55,844 nucleotides of DNA. Source: Octopus sinensis (lineage: Eukaryota). Shown piece by piece: positions 39,362 to 51,997 of this stretch (position 1 is the first letter of the stretch; each line of letters begins with the position of its first letter). The notes beneath the pieces were generated by a model. That model was not told the origin of the DNA. It saw only the letters and a list, made by a program, of their open reading frames with translations, and searched no databases. The stretch is from contig NW_021833874.1 in assembly GCF_006345805.1 (NCBI RefSeq), forward strand, positions 1 through 55,844, in the 5' to 3' direction. A program made the translations under genes and the position numbers.

Positions 39362-39944
39362 GAGTGAGAGAGCAGTTCATGCCATCAAAGTGACACTGGG
39401 GTAAGATATACGAAGCCCAATATACCCATCATGACTACCCGTCTGATAAGGGTACACCAGGCACATGCATCACAACCATACGTGCGCGACATGGTGATCT
39501 CATATCAAGATAAAAACAGCACATGACCTTGCAGGGGGGCCCCAGTTAGAATTTTCTTCAGGTTGAGTAGCCCATCCCGCTCAAACGGTCCCTGAATAAG
39601 GTTGTTTAAGGATGTTGAAAAAACCACCCATGTTTCCAGAGGTGAATTATTCAAACCCCAAAGAATCCCTCTCAACACATGGCTATGATGCTCCCCACTA
39701 CTTCTGCTCATGATCAGAGATGCACATATCGTCAGCCACTAAGGGACATGCTCAACTGGTTAAGGTCAAACAACTGACAAGCAAATCTGTGGTATTGAGC
39801 AGAATATTTGCTGTAGCCCATCTTTTATACCAAGACAAAACAATGTACATGATAACACTTCCAATCAGTATGTACATGATAACACTTCCAATCAGTATGT
39901 ACATGATAACACTTCCAATCAGTATGTACATGATAACACTTCCA
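39362..39944 (-). mobile_element. 554-bp element, copy B, truncated, ending in 27-bp tandem repeats
   Basis: Unit atgtacatgataacacttccaatcagt about 3.8 times at the truncated end. Confidence 0.85.
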
Positions 39945-40012
39945 TATTATTATTATTATTATTATTATTGTTATTATTATTATCATTATTATTATTAATA
40001 TTATTATTATTA

Positions 40013-40043
<31 letters not shown>

Positions 40044-40125
40044 CATTATTATTATTATTATCATTATTATTATTATTATCATTATTATTATTATTATCAT
40101 TATTATTATTATTATTAATATTATT

Positions 40126-41326
40126 CTATGTTTGACTTTTGCTTTATATTTGTACAAGTTGGCTCCAAGTCTCACCCAGAGACCTCAATAGACAACAGGT
40201 TGGAAGTTCTGTGCCATATATTTGGGGGTTTTTTTGTGTTGTACTTGTGAATGTCTAATACATAAAAAAAATTTTTTTTTTAAATAAATAAATAATTAAA
40301 TAAAAAAAAGTTGTTTTAAACCTTGGGATTACATAGAGAGTATTTTGCGTAGGATATGAGCAGTTCCCATGAGCACTATCTTTTGAATTTCTGCTATTTT
40401 TGGGTTTCCTGGTATCTGAGTTAGGTAGCTATCAGCCCCTTTTGCTATCATTCCCAGGGCACCTATGACAACAGGTATTGTTTTAGTCTTCAGCTTCCAC
40501 ATTTTGCTGATTTCTATTTCAAGATCTTTATATTTGCTCAGTTTTTGGTAGGTCTTGACAGATACGTTTATATCGATTGGGACAGTCATATCAATGAGGA
40601 GGCATGTTCTTTGTCTGAAGTCTTTCAATGTAATATCTGGCCTATTTGCATCTATCTTCCTGTCAGTTTGAATGGTGAATTCCAGAGGAGTGAGATGTGG
40701 TCATTTTCAAGCACAGAGGGGTGATTGTGTTCCCACCAGTTTTTTTCATGGGGCAAATCCAGGTTTTTGCAAATTACCCAGTGAATATTTGTGCAGCTCT
40801 ATCATGCCTACTCAGGTACTCTGTAGGCGCTAGAAGACTGCATTTGGAGACCACATGGTCAATGGTTTCATTTTGTTGTCGGCATACACGACACGTTGGA
40901 CTGCTTCTGATCTTTAATATGTTGGCCTGGTAGTTTCTTGTTGGTAGGCATTGATCTTGAGCTGCTATGATAAACCCCTCTGTTTCAGATTTTAAGCCAG
41001 AGGCCATTAGCCATTGATGGGTAAGGGCTTTGTCGATATCTGCATTATTCGCTCTCTTTGGGTATTTGCCATAGAGAGGTTTTTCTTGCCATTTATTATT
41101 CAGAATATCTAAGGCCGCAGTTTTGGCACGGGTTTTCATGCGTCTAGCTTTTTCTGTGCTTGTTTCCTGTATATCTATCTCTAATTCCGAAATTGGATGT
41201 ATTCGGAATTCACTTAGATATTCCTTTGCCTGTTTTGTGACTGAGTATGATGCTTTCTTGTTTTCATGTTTTGAGACAAGTTTTACATCCAGTCCTCAGA
41301 GTTTTTCAGGTAGGTGTCTAGGCCAA

Positions 41327-41330
<4 letters not shown>
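40126..41330 (-). mobile_element. R4/Dong LINE, 5' truncated, independent insertion
   Basis: Zinc finger and restriction-like endonuclease region; 3' UTR differs from the other two copies; (TAA)n both sides. Confidence 0.9.
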
Positions 41331-41360
<30 letters not shown>

Positions 41361-41419
41361 CATTATTATTATTATTATTATAATTATTATTATCATTATT
41401 ATTATTATTATTATTATTC

Positions 41420-41600
41420 AGTTGGCGACATAGTAGAATCGTTAGCGCTTTGGACAAAATTCCAGGCGGTAATTCTTTGGCTCTTTATGGTTTGAGTTCA
41501 AATACCGTCGAGGGTCAATTAGTAAAGTGCCAATCAAGTGTTGCGCTCAACATAATTGACTGACCCCCTCCTCCCACATTCTACACTTTCTGGCCGTTTG
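41420..41600 (+). mobile_element. Degenerate Meta-like SINE
   Basis: tagtagaatcgttagcg...gagttcaaataccg head as at 18956. Confidence 0.5.
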
Positions 41601-42444
41601 CTAAAATTAGGAAGGACTATTATTGTTGTTGTTGTTGGTATAATCGTTTATGCTGCTGTTAGAGAAGGGAAAACCATTGGTGCGTCGAACCAAATGCCAA
41701 GCAGTATTTCTTTCGACTCATTGCGTTCCGAGTTGAAACGCTGCTTTTCTCGTCTCAAAACGACAGGCTTTGTACCAAAGTTCGAAAGAAAGAACTTTAA
41801 GTCTCATAGAGGCAACCCTCGACCAGGTTTATTAGGACCTCATAAAAATAGCTGGTAGGGTTTCTTCCGGACGATTTACGTCCTGTGTTCAGTTCCCTGC
41901 GAAGTGACCCTTTGCTATTCATCGATTCGAAACCGATACAATACGCTCCAATCATACACTTCATCGATTACATCGATCAGACCTTCACCTCAAGATAAAT
42001 TAAGCTAATCTTTTCATTGAACATCTTGTTCTTTATATTTTCTTTTTCTTTCTTTTTTAAATTTATAAATCTAATTGTTTTTATTTTATTTATTTTTCAG
42101 AGTAAATCTCTGGCTCTTCCCTCCACCCCCAGACACAGACTACGGAATAACGGAATGAACAACTGTCTTTTTAAATATTTTTTTTAAATAACGAAAGGAT
42201 ACAAATACACACACATACACACACACACATATATATATATATTCATAATTACATACATAAAAAAATCCTTCAAACACATAATTGAATATAAATACGAATG
42301 TGTGTGTGTCTGTGTGTGTATGTGTTAATTTTATGTTGTAAATATTTTATTTTATTAACAACAAATGGGGACACAAAACTAAAAAGTATTAAAAGGTATT
42401 ATTGGATGAAACTTAAACCAAAATGAATCTTGTGGGAAAATGCA

Positions 42445-42838
42445 CACACACACACTCACACACACACACACACACACACATATACATACAGACACATACA
42501 CACACACACATACACACACATACACACACACATACATACACACTCATACATACACACACATACATACACACTCACACACACACACACATACATACACACA
42601 CATACATACACACGCATACATACACACTCACACACACACACACACATACATACACACACATACATACACACACATACATACACACTCACACACACATACA
42701 CACACACATACATACACACTCATACATACACACACATACATACACACTCACACACACACACACACACATACATACACACACATACACACACACACACACA
42801 CATACATACACACACATACATACACACTCATACACACG
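42445..42838. repeat. (CA)n/(CATACA)n array
   Basis: Direct reading. Confidence 0.95.
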
Positions 42839-43065
42839 AGTGTGTGAACAGCCAACAGAAAGTGGAATTAAATACATTTCGTAAAAGCCTCTTATATTTT
42901 TTACTAAGAGTTTGACTTAGTTCCATATGATTTAGAATTTGGTAAGAACATTGGACGATCCCATCTCTTCGAACACTGAAATAAAAGTAGTGAATTGTAA
43001 AGAAGTTCGATATGAAATTACTTTTTTCTTTTAATCTCACAACGTGAGATATTCACCAACAGTAC

Positions 43066-43372
43066 TTTGGAGTAAAGTTTTTTTGCCAACATAACATGGC
43101 AGTCCTGGTTTAGGACGAATGTTACTGTAATTTAGCCCCAGGAGACATCGTCTCCAGCTGGCTATACAACACGATCTGTGTCCTTATATTTTCGAACAAG
43201 GGCATCTAGCACCCCCTCTCGGACATTGTTTTGAGCTGATTGTTCGAAAATATAAGGACACAAATCGTGTCGTACTGCGAGCTGGAGACGAGGTCTCCTG
43301 GGGCTTTATTACAGCAATATTCATTCTACACCACGACTGCCATGTTATGTTGATAAAAATCTTTACTCCAAA
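43066..43372. mobile_element. ~307-bp foldback MITE
   Basis: Imperfect arms from tttggagtaaag to ctttactccaaa; about 40-nt loop. Confidence 0.75.
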
Positions 43373-43582
43373 TTCAATATGTTTTTTTAGATTTGGGGCT
43401 TTAAGAGTCAGCTCACATCATGTCGCATTGGCGGTATGGAAGCGACACCAGATCTTTTCTTTATTTGTTCGGCGACTTTGAAAACATCCCCATGCAAGGT
43501 ATCGAACCTTCCGGCAATGTGCCGACAGCTCCCAGCCAGCATCCTCTCCCAGCGCGTACGCTTAAGAATAAGCATGTGTGCG

Positions 43583-43651
<69 letters not shown>

Positions 43652-43655
<4 letters not shown>

Positions 43656-43873
43656 GGAAAAAAGCAACAAGAATGGATTAAAATCTCGGTACGATCGTTT
43701 CGTACGAGGACATCTTTAATAAGCTACAAAAAATGCAGTGAATACAGATGGCTCGTACTCGTCAGCCGAAAAAACATCAGAGAATTCACTGCATTTTTTG
43801 TAGCTTATTAAAGATGTCCTCGTACGAAACGATCGTACCGAGATTTTAATCCATTCTTGTTGCTTTTTTCCTA
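43652..43873. mobile_element. Foldback with perfect ~90-bp arms containing a hammerhead
   Basis: Arms 43652-43742 and 43785-43873 are exact reverse complements. Confidence 0.85.
43686..43769 (-). ncRNA. Type I hammerhead ribozyme, complete consensus
   Basis: tcgg CTGACGA gtacgag...ctcgtac GAAA cgatcg TA ccga: stem II 7 bp, palindromic stem III acgatcgt, GUA site. Confidence 0.85.
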
Positions 43874-44204
43874 TTTGTAATCACCCCACTTGTCGTATGG
43901 TTAACACCATATAGATTTCCGGTGCATCCTAGTTAAGGACCATATTCATATGAATTCTTTAGAATTCACTTGAATCTCAATTACTTAACCGAATATATAT
44001 ATATATATATATATATATATCCACATCCACTCAGGCACTAACAGATTATACATACATACATACAGACAGACATACATACAATGTATCCTGATTTATTATT
44101 ATAAAAGTTATCTTTTTCTTTTATAGTTGCAGAAATAAAAATCAAATTTCATTTGTTTGAAATAATTTGTTGTTTTTGTTGTGATTATTATTCTTTTCTA
44201 CACT

Positions 44205-44500
44205 TGGCACAAGGCCCAAAATTTTGGGGGAAGGGGACAATCGATTAGATCGACCCCAATACGCAACTGGTACTTAATCTATCGACACCGAAAAGTTAAA
44301 AAGGCAAAATCGACCTCGGTGGAATTTGAACTCAATTGTGATTTTTTTTTTTGTAATTATCATTAATAGTTTTCACGTCAGACAAATTAATTAGTGATGG
44401 GGTTCAAATTTATATTTTCAAGATCGATAAATAAAGTACTGGAGAAAAACAGGGGTCGATGCAATCGACCAGACCCCTTTCTTACAAATCTCAGGCCTCG
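44205..44500. mobile_element. Two oppositely oriented Meta-like SINE fragments
   Basis: Reverse copy about 44205-44340, forward copy about 44385-44500. Confidence 0.55.
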
Positions 44501-44627
44501 TTTTCTCTGTGTGCGTGTGTGCGCGTATGCATGTATTATTGTTATTATCATTATCATTATTATTATTATCATCATTATTATTATTATAATTATTATTATT
44601 ATTATTATAATTATTATTATTATTGTT

Positions 44628-44711
<84 letters not shown>

Positions 44712-44712
44712 G

Positions 44713-44753
<41 letters not shown>

Positions 44754-44774
44754 ATTATTATTATTATTATTAAT

Positions 44775-45093
44775 ATGTTTGACTTTTGCTTTGTTAACTC
44801 CAAATCTCACTCAGAAATCTCAAGTGACAACAAGTCGGAAGTTCAAGTTGGTGTTATGCCCAGGGTGTCATATATTACGTTTTGTACATAGTTGTAAAGT
44901 TTTGTCAGCAATTCATGACTCCTTTGAAGGAATTGAACCTGAAGTTAAGAATCTTATCCCTTCCTGGAGACTTTCTGTTGCTTGATTTCTTGAAAGCAGA
45001 TCTTACATCATCTGCCCAAATTTTATTCCAAAATTCCCGCACTTCTTTTGATGGGACAGACTTTACTGTAACTGGTATTTTCCCATCTTCCTG
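44775..45093 (-). mobile_element. Old, internally deleted R4/Dong copy
   Basis: Diverged 3' UTR fused to pre-RT segments (KSPGRDKI, VPSKEVREFWNKIW). Confidence 0.75.
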
Positions 45094-45094
45094 T

Positions 45095-45141
45095 AAAAAA
45101 AAATAATAATGATAATGATGATAATAATAATAATAATAATG

Positions 45142-45189
<48 letters not shown>

Positions 45190-45203
45190 TAATAATAGTA
45201 ATA

Positions 45204-45236
<33 letters not shown>

Positions 45237-45245
45237 ATAATAATG

Positions 45246-45278
<33 letters not shown>

Positions 45279-45323
45279 GTAATAATAGTAATAATAATAA
45301 TAATGATAATAATAATAATAATG

Positions 45324-45356
<33 letters not shown>

Positions 45357-45380
45357 GTAATAATAGTAATAATAGTAATA

Positions 45381-45411
<31 letters not shown>

Positions 45412-45425
45412 TGATAATAATAATG

Positions 45426-45465
<40 letters not shown>

Positions 45466-45466
45466 C

Positions 45467-45509
<43 letters not shown>

Positions 45510-45510
45510 T
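45095..45510. repeat. (AAT)n array (strand opposite to upstream arrays)
   Basis: Direct reading. Confidence 0.95.
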
Positions 45511-46063
45511 GCCCTGATGCAGTACCAGGCAGTGGCTCTCATGGCTTCTGATCTTAACTGACTGGAAGTGTTATCATGTACATTGTTTTGTCTTGGTATA
45601 AAAGATGGGCTACAGCAAATATTCTGCTCAATACCACAGGTTTGCTTGTCAGTTGTTTGACCTTAACCAGTTGAGCATGTCCCTTAGTGGCTGACGATAT
45701 GTGCATCTCTGATCACGAGCAGAAGTAGTGGGGGGCATCATGGCCATGTGTTGAGAGGGATTCTTTGGAGTTTGAATGGTTCACCTCTGGAAACATAGGT
45801 GTTTCGTTCAACATCCTAAAGCAACCCTTATTCAGGGACCGTTTGAGCAGGATGGGCTACTCAACCTGAAGAAAATTCTAACTGGGCCCCACCTGCAAGG
45901 TCATGTGTTGTTTATCTTGATATGAGATCACCATGTCGCGCACATATGGTTGTGATGCATGTGCCTGGTGTACCTTTATCAGACGGGTAGTCATGATGGG
46001 TATATTGGGCTTCGTATATTTTACCCCAGTGTCACTTTGATGGCATGAACTGCTCTCTCACTC
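45511..46063 (+). mobile_element. 554-bp element, copy C
   Basis: Reversed relative to copies A, B and D, matching the flipped (AAT)n flanks. Confidence 0.85.
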
Positions 46064-46109
46064 AATAATAATAATAATAATAGTAATAATAGTAATAATA
46101 ATAATAATG

Positions 46110-46145
<36 letters not shown>

Positions 46146-46160
46146 GTAATAATAGTAATA

Positions 46161-46206
<46 letters not shown>

Positions 46207-46432
46207 TAATAATAATGATAATAATATAATAATAGTAATAATATAAAATAATAATAATAATAATAATAATAATGATAATAATAAAGATAATAATAATAAT
46301 AATAATAATAATAGTAATAATAGTAATAATAATAATAGTAATAGTAATAATAACAATAATAATAATAACAATGTAATATAATGATAATAATAATAATATA
46401 ATATAATAATAATAACAATGGTAATAATAATG

Positions 46433-46465
<33 letters not shown>

Positions 46466-46530
46466 TAATATAATAATAATAATACTAATAATAATAATAT
46501 AATATAATAATAATACTAATAATAATAATA

Positions 46531-47395
46531 GTCAAGACGAAGAGCGCGATTAGATTGTAATAGATATTTTATTGGTTGAACGATATTTCGACAGTAAGTC
46601 TGTCTTTGTCGAGTTCAAAATAAGAAGTGATTAAAATTCAAAATTATAGAAATTTAAACTTAAAGTCTGAACGAGAGCAACCAGTGTCCACACGTTGATG
46701 GAACGACATCATCAGTTTTTAAGTTTCAATTTTATAACAGGCGAAAAGAAAAAGGCAGAAAAGAGACAGAAAAAAAGAGGAAAGTAAAAAAAGGAAAGGA
46801 AAAAAGAAGAATATTTAATCAAACAGTTTTGTATAAGTTTGATGATATTCTCCTGTCATTTTATTCATTCCTCCAGGGCGTGATGTTAATAACCTGCAAA
46901 CATATTTCTCCTCATGCATTTTGAGAAGTGAAAGTGAAGTAGATTCAGAATATTTTCTGAGAATATGCACTTTCAAGTCTTCTTCAAAATCGCACTTGAA
47001 AGTGCATTTTCTCAGAAAATATTCTGAATCTACTTCACTTTCACTTCTCAGAATGTATGAGGAGAAATATGTTTGCAGGTTATTAACATCACACCCTGGA
47101 GGAATGAATAAAATGACAGGAGAATATCATCAAACTTATACAAAACTGTTTGATTAAATATTCTTCTTCTTTTCCCTTTCCTTTTTTTCTTTCCTCTTTC
47201 TTTCTGTCTTCTTCTTTTCGCCTGTTATAAAATTGAAACTTAAAGACTGATGATGTCATTCCATCAACGTGTTGCTCTCGTTTAACCTTTATATTTAAAT
47301 TTCTATAATTTTGAATTTTTATCACCTCTTACTGTCGAAATATCGTTCAACCTATAAAATACCTATTACAATCGAATTGAGCTCTTCATCTTGAC
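46531..47395. mobile_element. ~865-bp foldback of inverted Penelope-type repeats
   Basis: Loop 46980-46993; arms visibly diverged at their outer ends; hammerhead motif in the left arm. Confidence 0.85.
46576..46618 (-). ncRNA. Minimal hammerhead motif with U3-A8 covariation and C4
   Basis: ttgaac TCGACAA a gacag actta ctgtc GAAA ta TC gttcaa: stem I 6 bp, stem II 5 bp. Confidence 0.65.
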
Positions 47396-47418
47396 TATTA
47401 TTATTATCATCATCATTG

Positions 47419-47449
<31 letters not shown>

Positions 47450-47463
47450 GATTATTATTATTA

Positions 47464-47495
<32 letters not shown>

Positions 47496-47961
47496 GAGTG
47501 AGAGAGCAGTTCATGCCATCAAAGTGACACTGGGGTAAAATATACGAAGCCCAATATACCCATCATGACTACCCGTCTGATAAAGGCACACCAGGCACAT
47601 GCATCACAACCATATGTGCGCGACATGGTGATCTCATATCAAGATAAACAGCACATGACCTTGCAGGTGGGGCCCAGTTAGAATTTTCTTCAGGTTGAGT
47701 AGCCCATCCCGCTCAAACGGTCCCTGAATAAGGGTTGTTTAAGGATGTTGAAAGAACCACCCATGTTTCCAGAGGTGAATTATTCAAACCCCAAAGAATC
47801 CCTCTCAACACATGGCTATGATGCTCCCCCACTACTTCTGCTCGTGATCAGAGATGCACATATCGTCAGCCACTAAGGGACATGCTCAACTGGTTAAGGT
47901 CAAACAACTGACAAGCAAATCTGTGGTATTGAGCAGAATATTTGCTGTAGCCCATCTTTTA

Positions 47962-47962
<1 letters not shown>
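47496..47962 (-). mobile_element. 554-bp element, copy D, truncated
   Basis: Lacks about 90 nt at the same end that is truncated in copy B. Confidence 0.85.
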
Positions 47963-48046
<84 letters not shown>

Positions 48047-48086
48047 TATTATTATTATCATCATCATCATCATCATCATCATCATT

Positions 48087-48119
<33 letters not shown>

Positions 48120-48164
48120 ATCATTATTATTGTTGTTGTTGTTGTTGTAGAAAATAAATATCAT

Positions 48165-48372
48165 TGTTAAGGCAATCTGACAGAATCGTAGGCACGCTGG
48201 GCAAAATACTTTGAGGTAATTCTTCATGTTCTGCGTTCAAGTTCCACCGAGGTCGACTTTGCCCATTATGCTTTTGGGGTCGATAAAATGAATACCAGAT
48301 GACCATTGGGATCGGTATAATCAACTTATCCCCTCCTCCGAAATTTCAGGCCAACTGCCTAGAGTAGAAAGC
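48165..48372 (+). mobile_element. Meta-like SINE
   Basis: gttcaagttccaccgaggtcgactttgcc...ggggtcgataaaatgaatacca. Confidence 0.65.
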
Positions 48373-48577
48373 ATTATTTTTCTTTCTTTCAATTCAGTTT
48401 CTATTTCTTGCCAGTGTCTTCTCAACACTAAGAGCAAAGAAAATTACTGTATACATCACCGAGGGTTAAAAACGTAACTCACCCTGTCAGTCTTATTGAG
48501 TACACCATAGGAAACATTGAGTGATTCAGAAAACGGTGAGGATTATAAATTATTAAGGTGGCTTGGCAACTGAGTAA

Positions 48578-48629
48578 GGAGCCACTGATGAAGATTAATC
48601 AAAACTGAAATCACTAATGATATAACTCC
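48578..48629 (+). ncRNA. Possible degenerate hammerhead motif
   Basis: ggagcca CTGATGA ag...ct GAAA tca ctaa tga TA taactcc; weak stems I and II. Confidence 0.35.
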
Positions 48630-48977
48630 ATTTCACTTGTCGAGGTGAGCTTATCTCCCTTGTCAGTCGTTCGAAAAAGGCTCTCGCGTGGTTAAGACTT
48701 GTTTCGACTCTTATTTCTAGCAATGTTAGAGCTGACTACCACCCTCCATCACTTTGGTGACGACTATATTTTAGCTTTTCGGTTGTAAATTGTGAATAGT
48801 CACCTTAATAATTCATATAGCGGTGGCCAGATTTGCCGGTCTTTTCTCATAAACGTTGTGTATGACGTTGAATTCAAAATTTGAATATGTAGACAGAGGT
48901 TGACACATTATTCTTGCCGGTCGGGACACATGTGAGCCCCAAGGTAAGGTCTTGTATCAATTTCTGTCTATAGGAAC

Positions 48978-49048
48978 ATTCTCCTGAAGAGAGGAATGGA
49001 GCCGTTATTTTATAATGAGTTCCTAACCTTGAAATTGCAATAGAGAAT
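48978..49048 (+). ncRNA. Type I hammerhead ribozyme, complete core
   Basis: attctc CTGAAGA gagg...cctt GAAA ttgcaa TA gagaat: stem I 6 bp, palindromic stem III attgcaat, AUA site. Confidence 0.8.
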
Positions 49049-49360
49049 TAACCTTTTATTTTTGAATTGTGAATTTTATTTGTCATGTCGCTCTCAGACA
49101 GCTTTATTGTAAAGAGATATGAGTGATAATAGTGGCTTTATAGTGGTTTTTGACTGCTATTTCTAAACATTGCAGAGTGGGTTTTTGCAACCTTCTCCGT
49201 TATGGTTATGATTTATTCATAATTATAGACACTTCTCTTGTATGTAATTTATCACTACATGTTTGGCCATTGATATATTCGTAAATAATTATTAATTGTT
49301 TATGATATATCCTTCGTAATGTATTATTACATTCCTTTTTAATTTATGTATATATATAAA

Positions 49361-49700
49361 AGGGGGTAAAGACCCCCTTCGGTCATGAATGACCATGGGA
49401 TTGCACCTAGAAAGCTACCCTCCTAGACACAAGTCCGGGCAAGGTTGCTTATGGAAGGCCAGCAGTCGCCCATGCATACCAGCCTCCCCTCTCCACGCCA
49501 CCAGTGTTATCCAAGGGAAAGACAAAGGTCGATACAGCTTGGCACCAGTGACGTCGCAACTCATTTCTACAGCTGAGTGAACTGGAGCAAGGTGAAATAA
49601 AGTGCCTTGCTCGAGAACACAACACGCAGCCCGGTCCGGGATTCGAGCTCACAACCTCACGATCGTAAGCTCGACGCTCTAACCACTGAGCCATGCGCCT

Positions 49701-49704
<4 letters not shown>
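49361..49704 (-). mobile_element. Full-length tRNA-derived SINE
   Basis: A/B box head, central ttgtgttctcgagcaaggcac domain; same family as 16448. Confidence 0.9.
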
Positions 49705-49795
<91 letters not shown>

Positions 49796-49797
49796 TA

Positions 49798-49859
<62 letters not shown>

Positions 49860-49879
49860 TAAAATAAATAAATTTCTTA

Positions 49880-50037
49880 ATTAATCTAAATTATGCTCTC
49901 TGTTTTCTACAATGCTCCTCCATCTATCTGGTAGACTTGCAAGGATCCGCTTCCAAAATTCACTTGGCCGTTACGAAAAGTACTCCTCCAGTACAGTTCT
50001 GACCTCGTCTACAGAATTCATATTTTTTTCCGTCCAA

Positions 50038-50040
<3 letters not shown>
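49880..50040 (-). mobile_element. Mariner transposase C-terminal remnant
   Basis: VDEVRTVLEEYFS*RPSEFWKRILASLPDRWRSIVEN. Confidence 0.75.
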
Positions 50041-50083
<43 letters not shown>

Positions 50084-50215
50084 ATGTGTGCGTATATATA
50101 CGGCAAATAAGAAACGTTCAATTATGTCTACTTATTAAATTAAGTGATTACACACAGTGTATGAGTGATACAATTAACGAATGGCAAAAGCTGGTAACAG
50201 CATAAACAAAAATAT

Positions 50216-50271
<56 letters not shown>

Positions 50272-50684
50272 TAAAGACGATAAGAAAAGGGGGAAATAAA
50301 TAACAATGGGCACGCCACATAAAGACTAAGTAGAATGCCGTAGAGAAATCAATCCATGTCGTATTAATTAATTAAAATTAATTAAAATGTCTTTATAACA
50401 CCAAAGATCCACTTTACATTTTTACTTATTTCTCCATTTTTTTATCGTCTGTATAATATACGTTAAACCACGTTTTACCTTTAAATTACTCACTACCGTA
50501 TACCTTACAACAAAGACCATACATACTCAGGTAATTACCAGGAGTGCCTCTCAATACATCTATCCCTTAGAAGGTTTTCATACCTCTAACATATCTTATA
50601 CACATACACACACACATATATATACATACATTCATGTATATATATATATATATATATATATAAATATTTGTGTATGTATGTATG

Positions 50685-50731
<47 letters not shown>

Positions 50732-50745
50732 ATATATATGTGTTT

Positions 50746-51146
50746 GTGGCTCTGTGTGGTAAGTTGCTTGCTATCTAACTATATGGTTCCGGGTTCAGTC
50801 CCACTGCGTGGCATCTTGGGCAAGTGTCTTCTGCTATAGCCCCGGGCCGACCAATGCCTTGTGAATGGATTTGGTAGACGGAAACTGAAAGAAGCCTGAC
50901 GTATATATGTATGTATATGTATATGTGTGTGTGTGTGTGTGTGTGTTTGTCCCCCTAGCATTGCTTGACAACCGATGCTGGTGTGTTTACGTCCCCGTCA
51001 CTTAGCGGTTCGGCAAAAGACACCAATAGAATAAGTACTGGGCTTACAAAGAATAAGTCCCGGGGTCGATTTGCTCGACTAAAGGCGGTGCTCCAACATG
51101 GCCGCAGTCAAATGACTGAAACAAGTAAAAGAGTAATAAAGTAAAA
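50746..51146 (+). mobile_element. Full-length CORE-type SINE
   Basis: Collinear with 5476-5873. Confidence 0.9.
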
Positions 51147-51554
51147 TATATATATATATATATACACACTCACACAAACGCTCACATATCATGATACTGT
51201 CCCTTATGGGTGTGGACTCATTTTCACCATGTTGTGTTACAGCAATTTTGCAGTCTGTGACTCATCGTGTACATAGAGGTTCGTGCCTCGTTAAAGATAC
51301 TGAATTTTGGCTGCCATATTGTTCTATGCCCATCTGATTAGGGAGTGAAGCATCGCTACAATATTCTGTTTGTGTTATTTTCTCAATGAAGAGTTGCAAA
51401 ACACTTGTAAATCTAGGAAAAAAAAGAGTTAATAAAAACGAAAAAGAAAAAAATTTCGTTCAGGATGTTAATGGAACAACCCTCTGCACTAATCCGCCAC
51501 ATTAAATATTATATATATACATATATGTATATATATATATATATTATAGATATA

Positions 51555-51597
<43 letters not shown>

Positions 51598-51600
<3 letters not shown>

Positions 51601-51705
51601 TTGTATACTGTCACGTTCTTGTAGATTGACAGTAACAACAATTCTATCGCCCCACCACCGTAATGTCTCTACGAGCGATTTAGAAATTCAATACTTTTTC
51701 ATATA
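51598..51705. mobile_element. Short-hairpin relative of the 5186 foldback element
   Basis: ttgtatactgtca...tgacagta plus the same tail ctatcgccccacc...atttagaaatt. Confidence 0.6.
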
Positions 51706-51822
51706 TATATATATATATATATAGATATATATATTAGTGAAATAAAAGAGAATAATCTTGTAGTAGATTTGTTTTTTCTCTGCCTCTGTTCTGTTTTGTT
51801 TTTCCAACGGATTTCCTTTTTC

Positions 51823-51900
51823 TTCCTGAAGGAAATACAACAATATGGTCCCATATTCAATCGGATTTTGGTATTTTTGGCCTTTCGAACACGTGTAGAA
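51823..51900 (+). ncRNA. Doubly damaged hammerhead remnant
   Basis: ttc CTGAAG gaaa...tttc GAA cacgtg TA gaa; one A missing from each core half. Confidence 0.35.
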
Positions 51901-51997
51901 TGAAATAAAACGATTTCTGTTTAATCTGCGTTCAGCTCCATTTCTTCAATTCATATGTTTTAAATTCAATATATATATATATATATATATATATTTA

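Noticed and set aside
41556-41858. 100-aa ORF with a hydrophobic stretch as a membrane protein
   Set aside because: Starts inside a SINE and the hydrophobic part comes from a (GTT)n repeat.
48760-48960. GDD and NVVY words as RT or GIY-YIG remnants
   Set aside because: Isolated short motifs without surrounding conserved residues.
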